DNA of 64,000 nt, taken from assembly GCF_006345805.1 (NCBI RefSeq), contig NC_042998.1, positions 45,632,001 to 45,696,000 of the forward strand, read 5' to 3'. This stretch comes from Octopus sinensis. Its lineage: Eukaryota. Of the stretch, positions 1 through 11,232 are shown piece after piece (position 1 is the first letter of the stretch; the number at the start of each line of letters is the position of its first letter). Below the pieces are notes generated by a model. The model was not told where the DNA came from and did no database searches. It saw only the letters and a list, made by a program, of their open reading frames with translations. Both the position numbers and the translations under genes were made by a program.

Positions 1-193
1 GTTCTACAGATCTTTCAGGATGAGGCTCGTCTTCTAGGCTGTAGTTTATGGCTCGGGATTTCTGGAACCACCATTGACACTGCCTTACGCTTATTGTCCA
101 ATCCCCATATACTGCATTAAATATTCTTTGCACACATTTATATTCTGTTATTCTTTTATATGTTTCAGCCTTGAGGTTGTGGCCATGCTGGAT

Positions 194-195
<2 letters not shown>

Positions 196-231
<36 letters not shown>

Positions 232-462
232 TATCTGTCTGACTGTCTGTATGTATATATGTATATGTATGTGTGTGAACAATAATATTTTCAACAGATG
301 TGTTGCAAATGTATCTGATTGTTCTCAAGCTTCAATACTGTGTGTGTGTGTGTATGTGTGTGTGTGTATGTATGTATGTATATGTATGTATGTATGTATG
401 TATATGTATGTATGTATGTATGTGTGTATGTATGTATGTGTGTGTATGTATGTGTTTGTGTA

Positions 463-493
<31 letters not shown>

Positions 494-507
494 ATGTATG
501 AGTGTAT
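196..507. repeat. Compound (TG)n/(TATG)n microsatellites
   Basis: Pure TG run at 196-230 and a mixed TG/TATG array at about 339-507. These explain the low-complexity ORFs at 74-547. Confidence 0.97.
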
Positions 508-1057
508 GTTTACTTTATTACTAACACAAGCCACTACGGTTATTTAATGTAAAGTCTTCCTCAAATCACTCTCTCTCTCGCTATTTACTCTCTTCCAAGA
601 ACATTTTCACTCACTCTTAGCTCTTAGCTTCCCATACATTTTACTCATGTATCTATCAGCGTCATAGACAGAATACTTTCAGTTTAGTCTTCCTCAAATC
701 ACTCTGTCGCTATTTACTTTCATTTTATTCGTTGCACACTGTGTGTGTGCGTTTGCGTGTGGTGTAAACCAGACTAAGAAAAGCATTTGACACACACACC
801 AGAATGTGAGTTTTCTGTAAATTTTGCTTAATTGGAGTTTAAATTTTAAAAACTGGACCTGGCATGACGCGATGCATTCTACTCTTAAAAATGCTAGGTA
901 AATTGTAATTGAAGAAATCCTATATTGTAGATTTCTATAACTCCCAAAGGGAGGCAGATAAAATCTCCATTGAAAAATCTCCTTCAACAAATTGCATGGA
1001 AATGTGGACATTACACAATGACATTAAAATGTGGATATTAAACAGTGGCAGCAACAA

Positions 1058-1122
1058 TCATCATCATAGTCGTCGTCATCTTCCTCCTCCTCCTCATTAT
1101 CATCATCATCATCATGATAATG

Positions 1123-1156
<34 letters not shown>

Positions 1157-1180
1157 TAATAATAATAATGATAATAATAA
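1058..1180. repeat. (CAT)n/(AAT)n trinucleotide microsatellite
   Basis: Directly visible. Produces the poly-H, poly-N and poly-I ORFs. Confidence 0.95.
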
Positions 1181-1237
1181 ATTCATTTTGGGTTATGATT
1201 TGATTATCTACAGGTGAGAATTTTTTTTCTGTTAAAG

Positions 1238-1319
1238 ATCTAGATGTCTTGGATGGATTAAAAGAAAAGTTAGACGACTGTCTTTCAGTTGACAACATAC
1301 CACAGCTTGACATTGGCAG
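1238..1319 (+). CDS. Probable penultimate coding exon of an unidentified gene (upstream exons outside the window)
   Basis: Pyrimidine tract ending ttaaAG (1236-1237) and donor CAG|GTGAGT (1320). Reads (x)DLDVLDGLKEKLDDCLSVDNIPQLDIG-R with no stop. Its phase-2 end matches the next exon. Confidence 0.55.
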
Positions 1320-1686
1320 GTGAGTATTGTTATTCTAATAATTTTTAATGAGGTTTACCAATATAATTCTCCAAATTGGATGATGATAATTATGACAATC
1401 ACTTTTACAAAAATACCAATTTCTTATATAACACCAGAATTCTACTGATTCCATAATTAAAGAATCATTAGGCGAGTGATTCTGAGTGCTTGAGATTATA
1501 ATACAATTGATGTCGTTCCTCTACTACAATAGTGAACCCATCCTTTCAAATTCACAAAACACTCCTCAGGTATATAGTGCTTACACTGCTTACAATAATG
1601 AGTAGCACCTGCCTATGATATTAAGTCACAAATATGTCTATTGGATTAGTGAAAGTTATGTATTCTGACTGTTCAGTACCAGTAAA

Positions 1687-2078
1687 TCTCTCTCTTTATA
1701 AAGCTGAAGTTGTCTGTGTATGGCAGGTTTGGTAGCTTTCAACTAACACTATCTCCTCCAAGACCCTGTGGTGTAAGTTGACCAAAATTGAGAGTATGAT
1801 AGAAAAAGGCTTGTTCTTCCTTCCGTAGAAGAAAAAATTCAAATCGGACCATGTTAAGACCAAAAATTATTTACATCAAAAAGGTGCTTTTTTTCTATGA
1901 AAATCCCTACTTTTTACGATTTTTTGACTGCTGTGTCACCATTTTTCAGTGTATTTCAACCAGTTAAATGTTCACTTAAAGAGAATAACAAGTTACATAA
2001 TGCAAAATTTTTACTTTTCAAAAATTCCAATTCTAAAGGGTCGAAACAAACCCGAGCAATGCCGGGCGATATTGCTAG
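1687..2078 (+). mobile_element. Non-autonomous Helitron
   Basis: A|TC 5' end, subterminal hairpin CCCG-AGCAATGC-CGGG (2051-2066), CTAG|T 3' end, no TSD. Confidence 0.7.
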
Positions 2079-2234
2079 TATATATATAAACTGTAGTCTG
2101 TTTAACTGGCAAACTTATATTTTGATAATTTGGTCAGTTGGCAAATCTCCTGATAAAGAAATATTCCAATCAAAACTTTGGCCAAGAGAGAGTCTTTTCA
2201 CAGTTTCTCAACATTTGAAAAAGTAAAGCATTAA

Positions 2235-2800
2235 CCCTTTAAACCAGCCATATCTAGTCCAAATATTCTACCTGTTTTATGAGTGGAGGCACATGGCCTG
2301 GTGGTTAGGGCAGCAGATTCGTGGTCGAGGGATCGCAGGTTCGAATCTCAGACCGGGCGATGTGTGTGTTTATGAGTGAAACACCTAAGCTTCACATGGC
2401 TCCAGCAGAACGTAATGGCGAACTTTCTCTCACTCTTTTCTCCTGCATCTTGCAGCTCACCTGCGACGGACCAGCGTTACGTCCAGGTGGGAAACCTACA
2501 CACCAGCCCTTATGAGCCAGACATGGCTCGAGAAGGAACAAACAACAACAACCTGTTTTATAATAATAATAATAATGAAATTATTGTATACAGTGCTCAG
2601 GTGCACCACAATGCTCAGGTGCACCGTTCAAACTGGCTGGATTTGGCTTCTTACACCTACACTACAATGTTGTTATAAAAGTAAACAATCCCATTATAAC
2701 AAACTCAAAGCTACGAGATAATGCATGTTTTGATAATTCAAAACAATGTAAATTAATAACCATTACATTTGAGTAATCTGAAATTAAAGTAATTTTTAAC
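2235..2800. mobile_element. TTAA (piggyBac-type) MITE interrupted by a SINE and a CR1 tail
   Basis: TTAA-CCCTTT start. Halves 2235-2280 and about 2628-2790 match the intact family member at 17861-18081. Confidence 0.65.
2281..2550 (+). mobile_element. tRNA-derived SINE (family D)
   Basis: A box TGGCCTGGTGG, B box GGTTCGAATC, (AAC)n tail, 11-bp TSD ACCTGTTTTAT (2270-2280 / 2551-2561). Confidence 0.85.
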
Positions 2801-2985
2801 TGTTAAAGGGTGAATAATAGTCAGAAAATTTAGAAGTAAATAAATACTATGTTATAACTCTGCCATCTAATGTAAGGTCTTGGGCATGTTAATGATTCTG
2901 CCAGCTCACTACATAAACTCAATTAATAATGGTTGGTAATTAAGTTTAAGGTTATTAACTTTTTCTTCCTTTATTTTTTTTACAG

Positions 2986-3085
2986 ATGGATGGCATACTT
3001 GAACCAACCAGAGCAATTTGATGAACAGACACTGGAGTTGTTTTTTAGTAACTCATCTGACCCAGAATTAACTGATACTTACTAA
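2986..3085 (+). CDS. Probable terminal coding exon of the same unidentified gene
   Basis: Long pyrimidine tract and ttacAG (2984-2985). In phase with 1238-1319 it reads R-WMAYLNQPEQFDEQTLELFFSNSSDPELTDTY* (TAA 3083-3085). AATAAA at 3222-3227. Confidence 0.55.
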
Positions 3086-3743
3086 GGTTTGATAAGATTG
3101 ATACCGACATTATAGATATTGCATTAAACTGGTCAGTTTTAGCAAGCATCAGTAAATCTTTTGCAAAGCTATTCCCATAGTTCATGCTGTTTGATTGACA
3201 TATCATAAAGAAACATTTTCAAATAAATCTTGAAACTATATGTTTATATTATTTTATAATATATTTTTTGTATTATTAGTTATTTATATTATTAGGTGCA
3301 GGTATGGCTTTTTGGTAAGATGTTTGCTTTTCAACTACATGGTTTCAGGTTCAGTCCCACTGTGTATCACCTTAGGCAGGTGTCTTCTACTAGAGTCCCA
3401 GGCTGACCAAAGTCGTGTGAACGTATTTGGTGGGTGGAAACTGAGTGAAGCTTGTATACATATGTGTGTGTATGTATGTTGTTGTCTCCTTGCCTTGAGG
3501 TTATATGATAGTTATAAGCAAGTGCTGTCCATTTCCATCTGAGAAATGTCTGGTCATGGGGAGATATTACCTTACTTGGTAACAGGTGAAGTTTGGCAAC
3601 AGGATGGGCATCTGGCTACAGAAAATCCACCTCAACAAATTCCATTCCACCCATGCTACCATGTAAAAGTGAACGTTAAATGATGATGACAATTTCATTA
3701 CCAACATCAATGAAAGCATAAATGATAATAAAGTCTATTTTGT

Positions 3744-3975
3744 TGTTCTGTATTTTAGAGATGAGGAATTCTGTACATTATTTACATTGGATGGATATGT
3801 GTCCTCATCTTGTTTGTTGTTACCACAACATTTCGGCTGACTTACTCTTCAGCCTTCAGGGTTGGGTTCAAAATTCCACCAGGACACCTGATGAAGGCTG
3901 GAGAGTAAATCAGCCGAGACATTGTGGTAACAACAAACAAGATGAGGACACATATCCGTCCAATGTAAATAATTT
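3744..3975. mobile_element. Inverted Penelope-type insertion with two degenerate hammerhead cores
   Basis: Arms 3777-3860 and 3887-3973 are reverse-complementary. 12-bp TSD AGTCTATTTTGT (3732-3743 / 3976-3987). Confidence 0.7.
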
Positions 3976-5727
3976 AGTCTATTTTGTAGTAATTCTGATG
4001 GGAAGATGAGTTTCTTATTGTCTTCATCAGGTAGGTGACATCCAGTGTTTTGAGTTCAAATTTGTCTTTCATACATTTATACTTGTACTTGCAGTGTCAT
4101 TCACTCAGGGTGGGGGTTGAGCTGGCTCTGACCAACAACTTCATCACATTCCTCATGAATGCTGACCACATCTGACAGCCAGCTCAAATGTTCCAGCAGC
4201 AAAGCCATGCTTCTGCCTGTGGCCCAAAAATCCAATTTGTAAATTTGACAAATTCCCCACTGGGAGAGCAGCATGTTGTAGCTGTTGTTGACACTCATTG
4301 TTGAGTGCATGTTCCGAACATGAAACTTCCATTCATTTTGGATCAATAAAGCAAAAGAACTATACAGGGTGATGCATTAGTGGAACTATACCTTGTGGTA
4401 TTTGCTCCAGCTGTGTTCTGACTTCAAATCCTGTCATGGTCTACTTAGGTGTTAGACTTATCCCATCACTTGGTTCAACCACAGCTACCTGGTTGAGTGT
4501 CTCTAGCGTAATCCACTCTGTCGCAAGTATTTAGGCCAGCCAGGACCCTGGTTTCAAGAGAACTTCCTTGACCCCCCACCAGTCTTGAAGGACCCTTAAC
4601 TGTAAGGGATGATGGGAAAGTGTTGCTGTCAAATGCATCTAGTCACTTGAGTCATTTAATGTCTGTTTTCCATGCTGGCATGGGTTGGAAGTATTAATTA
4701 ATATAATATCTTGGTAGGTTGTCAACACATCTAGTACCTACTTTCTATTCTTGAAAGGTGGCTGGAATGTGAGATATTGCTATACATCCTGCCTAAGATA
4801 AAAATTACTGATTTAAACTCAGATCAAAGGGAAATCTTCTTTCGAGATATTCCATAAAATACATCACTTATATATATTTCTTTCTTGTTATAATTTCAAT
4901 ATCTGTTTTCCTAGTCTATATAGATCTGGATATAGAGTAGGAAAATAGCAAAGAGGTTAGGGTGTTGGTCTCATGACCATTCATTTTCAAATTTAGGCAC
5001 CTACTCTAAAATGTAAGTGTAGAGACCCAGACACTTGCCCACTCAACCAGGCATGCATGGTTAACTTAGTGGTTTATGAAGCTGAGATCATCTCAATTCT
5101 ACAAAATAATGAAACTTAAAAGGAAAAGTATATTGGTCTATGAGAAAGTGACTTTAAAAACATAAATGTTAACCATCAGTCTTCTTTTCAACACATAGAC
5201 AAGAAGAAAACTACTAAGTTAGTCAGCCATATCTGTGACCTGAAGGCCAACAATACTCCATACAGTATTGAGTGGAGTATCATAGAATGGTCTGTGCCAT
5301 ACATAATGGGTCAAGGAACTATATACTTTGTATAGTCAAAAGAGCTTAATCCTTTTTAAATCTAAGAACCCCACCAACCTATTGAATTCTAGCTCTGAAA
5401 TTTTCACTATACATATATTTTATCTTTTACTTGTTTCAGTCATTAGACTGTGGCCAAGCTGGGGCACCACCTTATGTATATATGTAATTTTTGTTTTTAT
5501 GTTATAATAAAAACAATTTTACAGTAAATTGAAGGATTACTCAATATTTTTTGTAGAGTACAAATTTATTATTCTTTAATAAGAATAGTACTGACAGTGA
5601 CTTTGAAGTTTTGGCCCAGCTAAGCCGTCATTGGACTGTAATTACAGTTCGATGATGACTTAGATGGTTGAAATGTTGAAGTAAACTGTTAATACTATTC
5701 CTGTTGAAGTATAATATATATATATTA

Positions 5728-5908
5728 CGTGCTGGTGGCACGTAAAAAGCACCCACTACACTCTTGTTGGCGTTAGAAAGGGCATCCAGCTGTAGAAACA
5801 CTGCCAGATCAGACTAGAGCCTGGTGCAGCCTCCTGGCTTCCCAGACCCCGGTCGAACCATCCAACCCCAGCTAGCATGGAAAACAGACGTTAAACGATG
5901 ATGATGAT
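5728..5908 (+). mobile_element. SINE or RTE-tail repeat ending in (GAT)n (family C)
   Basis: GTGGCACGTAAAAAGCACC...GGAAAACAGACGTTAAACGATGATGATG. Related copies near 9830-10090, 16850-17030, 38640-38760, 48060-48232, 49700-49960, 51668-51915, 54290-54640 and 59520-59955. Confidence 0.8.
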
Positions 5909-6790
5909 ATATATATATATATATATTACAAATAAGAAAATGGAGAAACACATTAGTTGGTTTATCAGCTTAAGGATATTAGTTATTTATTTATCAAAAC
6001 GACAACCATAATAACATACATGTTATTATTTGTAATATAAATTAATGGTAAAATATTTCTTTACCTTCACCCATTTAATACAATAAGTAAGTCTATTGCA
6101 TTGCAAGTAAAAACACTTGTGTATTAATAATTTGGGTATTATACCAACATTATATTGGATAAGTATTATCCCTTAGTGGGTTGGATCCACAACTCCTAAC
6201 TTACTGGGTGGTGTATATATATATATGTATATGTATGCGTTTGTCTTTCCATTTGTATTCTTGTATTCATTGTTTATGCACTTTAGTATAAAACAATGTC
6301 ACCATTTAGATGGAAGTGTTATTGTTTGTGTCTGTCATAAAAACTTGTCTAGTCATTGATTGGTTTGTCATGTGAAATATCAAAAATAATTATGATGCTG
6401 ATGTTCCTTTGCTAAATCTGGATGTTGACCCATTCATTTATACTCGTACTAAAGTTATTTTAACCCTTTTGTTACCATATTTCTGTTGAGATATATTTTC
6501 TTTATTACTATTTAATTTTGAAAATAATGAACAATTTAGTAAAATAGCACTGAATTTTTAAATTGGTGTTTAAAACAAATCAACATGAAATTTTGATGGA
6601 AGGTTTTTAATTTACGTTTATATATTTGTTTTGCAATATTCTTGATGTGAAATCGTGTGTTGAAACAGATGTTGTTGAATTTAGGAATGGTCATTTTGCC
6701 AGTTTAGCCAATAAAAACACACGCACTATATATTTGGTGTTACTTTGCTTCAGCGTTATTTATTTTTTACATTAATCTTAATCTTATTTC

Positions 6791-6835
6791 GGCCAGAGTT
6801 CTTTCGTCACACTTCTGTGACCTCATCAGTGGTCC
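6791..6835 (-). ncRNA. Minimal type I hammerhead ribozyme motif with intact core
   Basis: Minus strand reads GGACCA-CUGAUGA-G-GUCACA(GAAG)UGUGAC-GAAA-G(AA)C-UC-UGGCC. Stem I CCA/UGG, 6-bp stem II, 2-bp stem III, predicted CUC cleavage between 6796 and 6795. Confidence 0.7.
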
Positions 6836-6893
6836 TTTGCTTTCTTCTTTCTTATTTGTGTGTCTCTCCTTACTAACGGTCAGCCATTAGGCT

Positions 6894-6937
6894 GACCACT
6901 GATGAGGTCACAGAAGTGTGACAAAAGAACTCTGGCC
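6894..6937 (+). ncRNA. Hammerhead motif, probably inactive copy
   Basis: Same as 6791-6835 but GAAA reads AAAA (G12A at 6923). Confidence 0.55.
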
Positions 6938-8221
6938 GAAATAAGATTAAGATTAATGTAAAAAATAAATAACGCTAAAGCAAATTAACACCAAATATAT
7001 AGTGCGTGTGTTTTTATTGGCTAAACTGGCAAAATGACCATTCCTAAATACAACAATGTTTTTAATTTAGTTCACTTTAAAACAGGAAATTTGTATCATA
7101 GAACAGAAGGCAGTTTCTGGCAGGTTAGTATAAAAAAAAAAATCAATCTATGATACATATCAATTTTGTAGTATTATTTGGTCTCTATGTTGACCATATG
7201 GGTTTTTGGCAATTTTAATGATGATAACTCCTCTAGTCCTTTTCTAGCATTATGTTACCTCAGCATCATCATCAATTTTCCCATGCTTGCATGGGTCAGA
7301 TGGAATTTTTTCAGCCAGAATTTATTGACCCTGAATATGACCTTCCTGTTGCCAGCTCTTACCTGTTTCTAGGTAAGGTAACATTTCCCAATGGCCAGAC
7401 AAGATTTTACACAAAGGACTGGGGTAAATGAACAAAATTGCTTGCATGGTAATGATGTTCATTTACAACCATCACATAATATGCAGACCAGGGTACACAC
7501 ATATCATCATCCTTTAATGTCTGTTTTTCCATGATTGCATGGATTGGACAGTTTGATCAGAGCTTGCAAGCTGGAGAGCTGCACCAGGTTTGTCTGATTT
7601 GGGTTGGTTTCTATGGCTGTTGTTGTCGTTAAGCAACAAGACAGGTAAGGTTGATTAGGTGATGGTCTAGGGCTTAGGGGTGGGAGACCCCAGACCTTGG
7701 AAAAAAAAAACTTTGGTCATCTTGTTGCAGTCGAGGGCTCTTCGTTGACGCCCGACACCACTGGGAGGTGGCCCTCAAAGTTGCTGGAAATGGAGATATC
7801 CAGGTCCAAATTCTTGGACAGCAATTTCTATGGCTGGATGCCCTTGCTAATGCCAACCACTTTACAGTGTGTGCTGGGTGCTTTTATGTGGCACTGGCAC
7901 AGGTTTCTTGCAGGCCAATCTTCTTCAGCTGGGAGAGCGGCAGAAACGAAAGCTGTGATCTAAAGATCACAGTTTACATGCCTAAGTAAGAAGTAATTGG
8001 GAAACATTTCTGTCATTGGACTGTGGCTATACTGGGGTACCATCTTGAAGAGTTTTTAGTTGAAGAAATTGACCTCAGTACTTATTTTAATGATTAGTAT
8101 TTATTCTGTCATTCTCTTTTGTCGAACTGCTAAGTTACTGGGACACAAACAAACCAACACTGGTTGTCAAGTGGTGGTGAGGGATAAACAGTCACACACA
8201 CATGATGCTTCATTCTCATTT

Positions 8222-8447
8222 CTTTGTTGCCCACTATGGGCTAAACATAGAGGGGACAAACAAGGACAGACATAGGTATTAAGTCGATTACATCAATCCC
8301 AGTGCACAACTGGTACTTAATTTATTGACCCTGAAAGGATGAAAGGCAAAGTCGACCTTGGCGGAATTTGAACTCAGAACATAATGGCAGACGAAATAAC
8401 GCCAAGCATCTCATCCGGTGAGCTAACGATTCTGCCAGCTCGCCGCC
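8222..8447 (-). mobile_element. tRNA-derived SINE (family A, Meta-domain-like core)
   Basis: Head GGCGGCGAGCTGGCAGAA, B-box-like GAGTTCAAATTCC, core GCCTTTCATCCTTTC.GGGTC.ATAAA. Other copies at about 14142-14300, 28862-29069, 29690-29898, 30300-30505, 30620-30797, 50729-50958, 60765-60978 and 62243-62408. Confidence 0.85.
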
Positions 8448-10176
8448 TTTCTTCTCATTGCTGCCAACCAAATCTACTCACAAAACTTTGGATGGTCCAG
8501 GATCATAGTAGAAGACACTTGTCCAAAGTGACAAACAATGGAACTGAACTCAAAACCAAGCTTACCACAAGCCATGCTTGCACCTAACAGAACATTAATT
8601 TTCAGAACTAAATGACCAGTAGACATAATTGTTAAAAGAAAAAGAAAAAACAAACAAAAAAAAAACAAAATTTCATCAATACTTCATTAACAGGTTGTTA
8701 AAGTAAGCAAAAGTCAACCAAAGAAATGTGTTAATATGCTCTCTTCTTATAGGCTCTGTTTTATCTTTGAAATATAAATCATTCTGAGTGTTGTCGTAAA
8801 AATAAATTATATCATTTCTACACACCTCCTTAATGCTTTTTTTCCTTAAGTTTAAAAATAAATATAGTGATAGATAGGAAAATGTTTGGCAAAATCTACC
8901 TAAAGGTGAAAGACCTTTGAAAAATGTTGATATTAGCTTAATTTAACTTATGAGAGAAACATGAAAGAAAAGAGATAAGAAAGAAAAAAGAGAGGGGGTG
9001 GTTAAGCAGCAGCAGAAGAAAGGGGTGATGGGTCATATACCCCTGAACAAATGGTTGTTTATCGTGCCCCACAGTAATGATTGCGGTGGTGTTGCCAAGG
9101 AGAATGGCCAGTGACACTCTACCTTGCAGGACCCACTTCTCTGAAAAGACTGCAGTTATCCCTCTTTTGCAGAAGAAATCAGTAGTATGGGGTTTGAGAA
9201 GACTTGATGTCTCTAAGGTGACTAGCACAAACTGATAGCAGCTCCAGTATTTATTGATTTTTCTAATTAAGACTGATTATAAAGAAATTCAATTTACATA
9301 TGTAAAGTTGTGTTTTTCCAATAGATAAGAGCAGAGATATAAAAAATGATGTTGATAATACACACATATGTAAACGTTTGTTTTTATGTCAGTAAAAATA
9401 ATTTAATATTAAACTGAAGAATTATTTATGTTTTTGTATCTGTTTTTCAAGATTCTTTATGTGAATTTATGTGTTGAAACAAATTTTGTTGTCTGGAGAG
9501 AGTCATACTGCTTTAATATCTAATACATTCACTGGTTCAATATCCACTCTTTTTTTTTTGCCTTGTATCTTGCAAAAGCAATGAAAATTTTTGGAAGACA
9601 CACACACAAAAAAAAAAGAGTGGAAATTGATCTGGTGATTGTGTTAGATATTAAGGTAGTACGACTCTCCCCAAACTCAACTAAATTATTTATTACTTTA
9701 TGTCAAGTATATAGTTATTATACTTTTACAAGAGGGGTGAGTGACTCCAAAGTGTTCAACCTGTTAGATAATCTGACAAAGATTAGCAGCAGGCTGAAAC
9801 ATGAAAGTCACTGTCACCTATTATCATCATCATTGTTTAATGTCTGTTTTCCATGCTGGCATGAGTTGAATGGTTTGATAGGAGCTGTCCAGACTCCAAT
9901 TGATGTTTTGGCATGGTTTCTACGGCTGGATGCTCTTACTAATACCAACCATTTTACAGAGTATACTGGGTACTTTTTGCGTGTCACAGGTGCGTTTACA
10001 CAGCACTGGTATGAGTCTGTTTTATATGACACCAGCACCTGTAATGGACAAGTGTGTATGTATGGATGACAGCGATTTTATTTAGCTTGACATGTCTTAT
10101 TTTAATTTGTGTAGCTAAGTCAAACAGTTATTGTATATATGTGTGCGTGTGAATGTCTACAGGCATGGTGATCATA

Positions 10177-10635
10177 CAGTTCTATATTTAAGAGATGAGG
10201 AATTATGTACATTATTTACATTCGACGGATATTTGTCCTTATCTTGTTTGTTGTTAACACGTTTCAGCTGATATACCCTCCAGCCTTCTTCAGGTGTCTT
10301 GGGGAAATTTTGAACCTGGGTTCTCATTCCTAAGGTATTTTTCGATGTTGTTATTATTATTGTTCAGGTCACTGCTTGGAATCGAACTCGGAATCTTGGG
10401 GTTAGTAGCCTGTGTTCTTAACCACTACAGGCATATGGCGTAGTGGTTAAGAGTGCAGGCTACTAACCCCAAGATTCCGAGTTCGATTCCAAGCAGTGAC
10501 CTAAACAATAATAATAATATCAAAGAATACCTTAGGAATGAGAACCCAGGTTCGAAATTTTCCCAAGACACCTGAAGAAGGCCGAAACGTGTTAACAAAC
10601 AGGATGAAGACAAATATCCGTCGAATGTAAATAAT
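10177..10635. mobile_element. Palindromic element: two head-to-head tRNA-derived heads, each followed by a Penelope-type hammerhead tail
   Basis: Arms 10211-10428 and 10440-10635 are reverse-complementary around CATATG. A box TGGCGTAGTGG, B box GTTCGATTCC. Hammerhead motifs at 10256-10298 (-) and 10567-10593 (+). Possible TSD TGATCATA/TGATTATA. Confidence 0.75.
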
Positions 10636-11232
10636 TGATTATAATCTTTGTGAAAGTCTGAAGATTTATGATTTGTCTTGGGAAATATGCAGCAGTGGTT
10701 TTCTGTTGCCTTCTGTCAGTTTATTTAGTTTACTTGAGCTAACCTTTAAGGTACAGGATCTGTAACTCTAGGCAGGACTGGTTCACATAAACATCAGAAC
10801 ATATTCACACACACCAGTGCCCTCTGAGTCTTATATGTTCAAGCCAAAAGACTATTTTCTGCAATTTGACCCATAACTGGAGCCCTTGATAAGTACTATC
10901 ACCTTAAGTCAGAACTGACCCAGAAGCAGTGATAACTAAGGGGTAATTCCATGCTTCCCCCCAAACTCTTTAACCTCTGAACTGGATAGAGGTTCACACC
11001 TACATACAGTTCAGCTCTTTTTGAAACCAGCCCTCCTGAAACTACTGCTGGTTCTATGAAATAAATTCTAGTTTTAAAATGTTCTAAATTAAACCATACA
11101 TATTTCCTGTTAACTTTTGTGCCAGATATCAAGTTAATAATGACAAAGTTATTTTATTAAAGTGTCATTTTTAAAATTAATTGCAACAAAGGCAGTGAAT
11201 TTCATCAGAAATATGGTAACAAAAGGATTAAT

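Larger units (their letters stand above)
6615..7057. mobile_element. Penelope-like pseudo-LTR inverted insertion
   Basis: Near-identical inverted arms at about 6672-6834 and 6894-7056, each with a hammerhead motif. 12-bp TSD GTTTTTAATTTA (6603-6614 / 7058-7069). Confidence 0.75.
6464..7140. mobile_element. TTAA MITE split by a Penelope-like insertion
   Basis: TTAA-CCCTTTTGTTACCATATTTCTG start. The internal sequence resumes at 7058 and matches the family member at 33251-33458. Confidence 0.6.

Noticed and set aside
1-120. Open frame VLQIFQDEARLLGCSLWLGISG...HILH* at the window edge
   Set aside because: No recognisable motif or visible acceptor, and a stop before the downstream exons. It cannot be judged without upstream sequence.
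74-547. ORFs rich in CV/YV/MY/HT repeats
   Set aside because: These are translations of TG/TATG microsatellites. The same applies to ORFs at 52886, 53424 and 62044.
909-1217. 102-aa ORF with poly-His and poly-Asn ending at CAG|GTGAG
   Set aside because: It is built from CAT/AAT microsatellites, and using that donor would need a 24-nt intron to reach the exon at 1238.
2285-2355. tRNA-like sequences (also 10437-10500 and the heads of families A and B)
   Set aside because: They have A and B boxes but no complete cloverleaf, and continue into SINE bodies with tails or TSDs. They are SINE heads, not tRNA genes.
4117-4187. Perfect 11-bp inverted repeat TTGAGCTGGCT/AGCCAGCTCAA
   Set aside because: The 49-nt interior does not extend the stem, so it is too weak to call a structured RNA.
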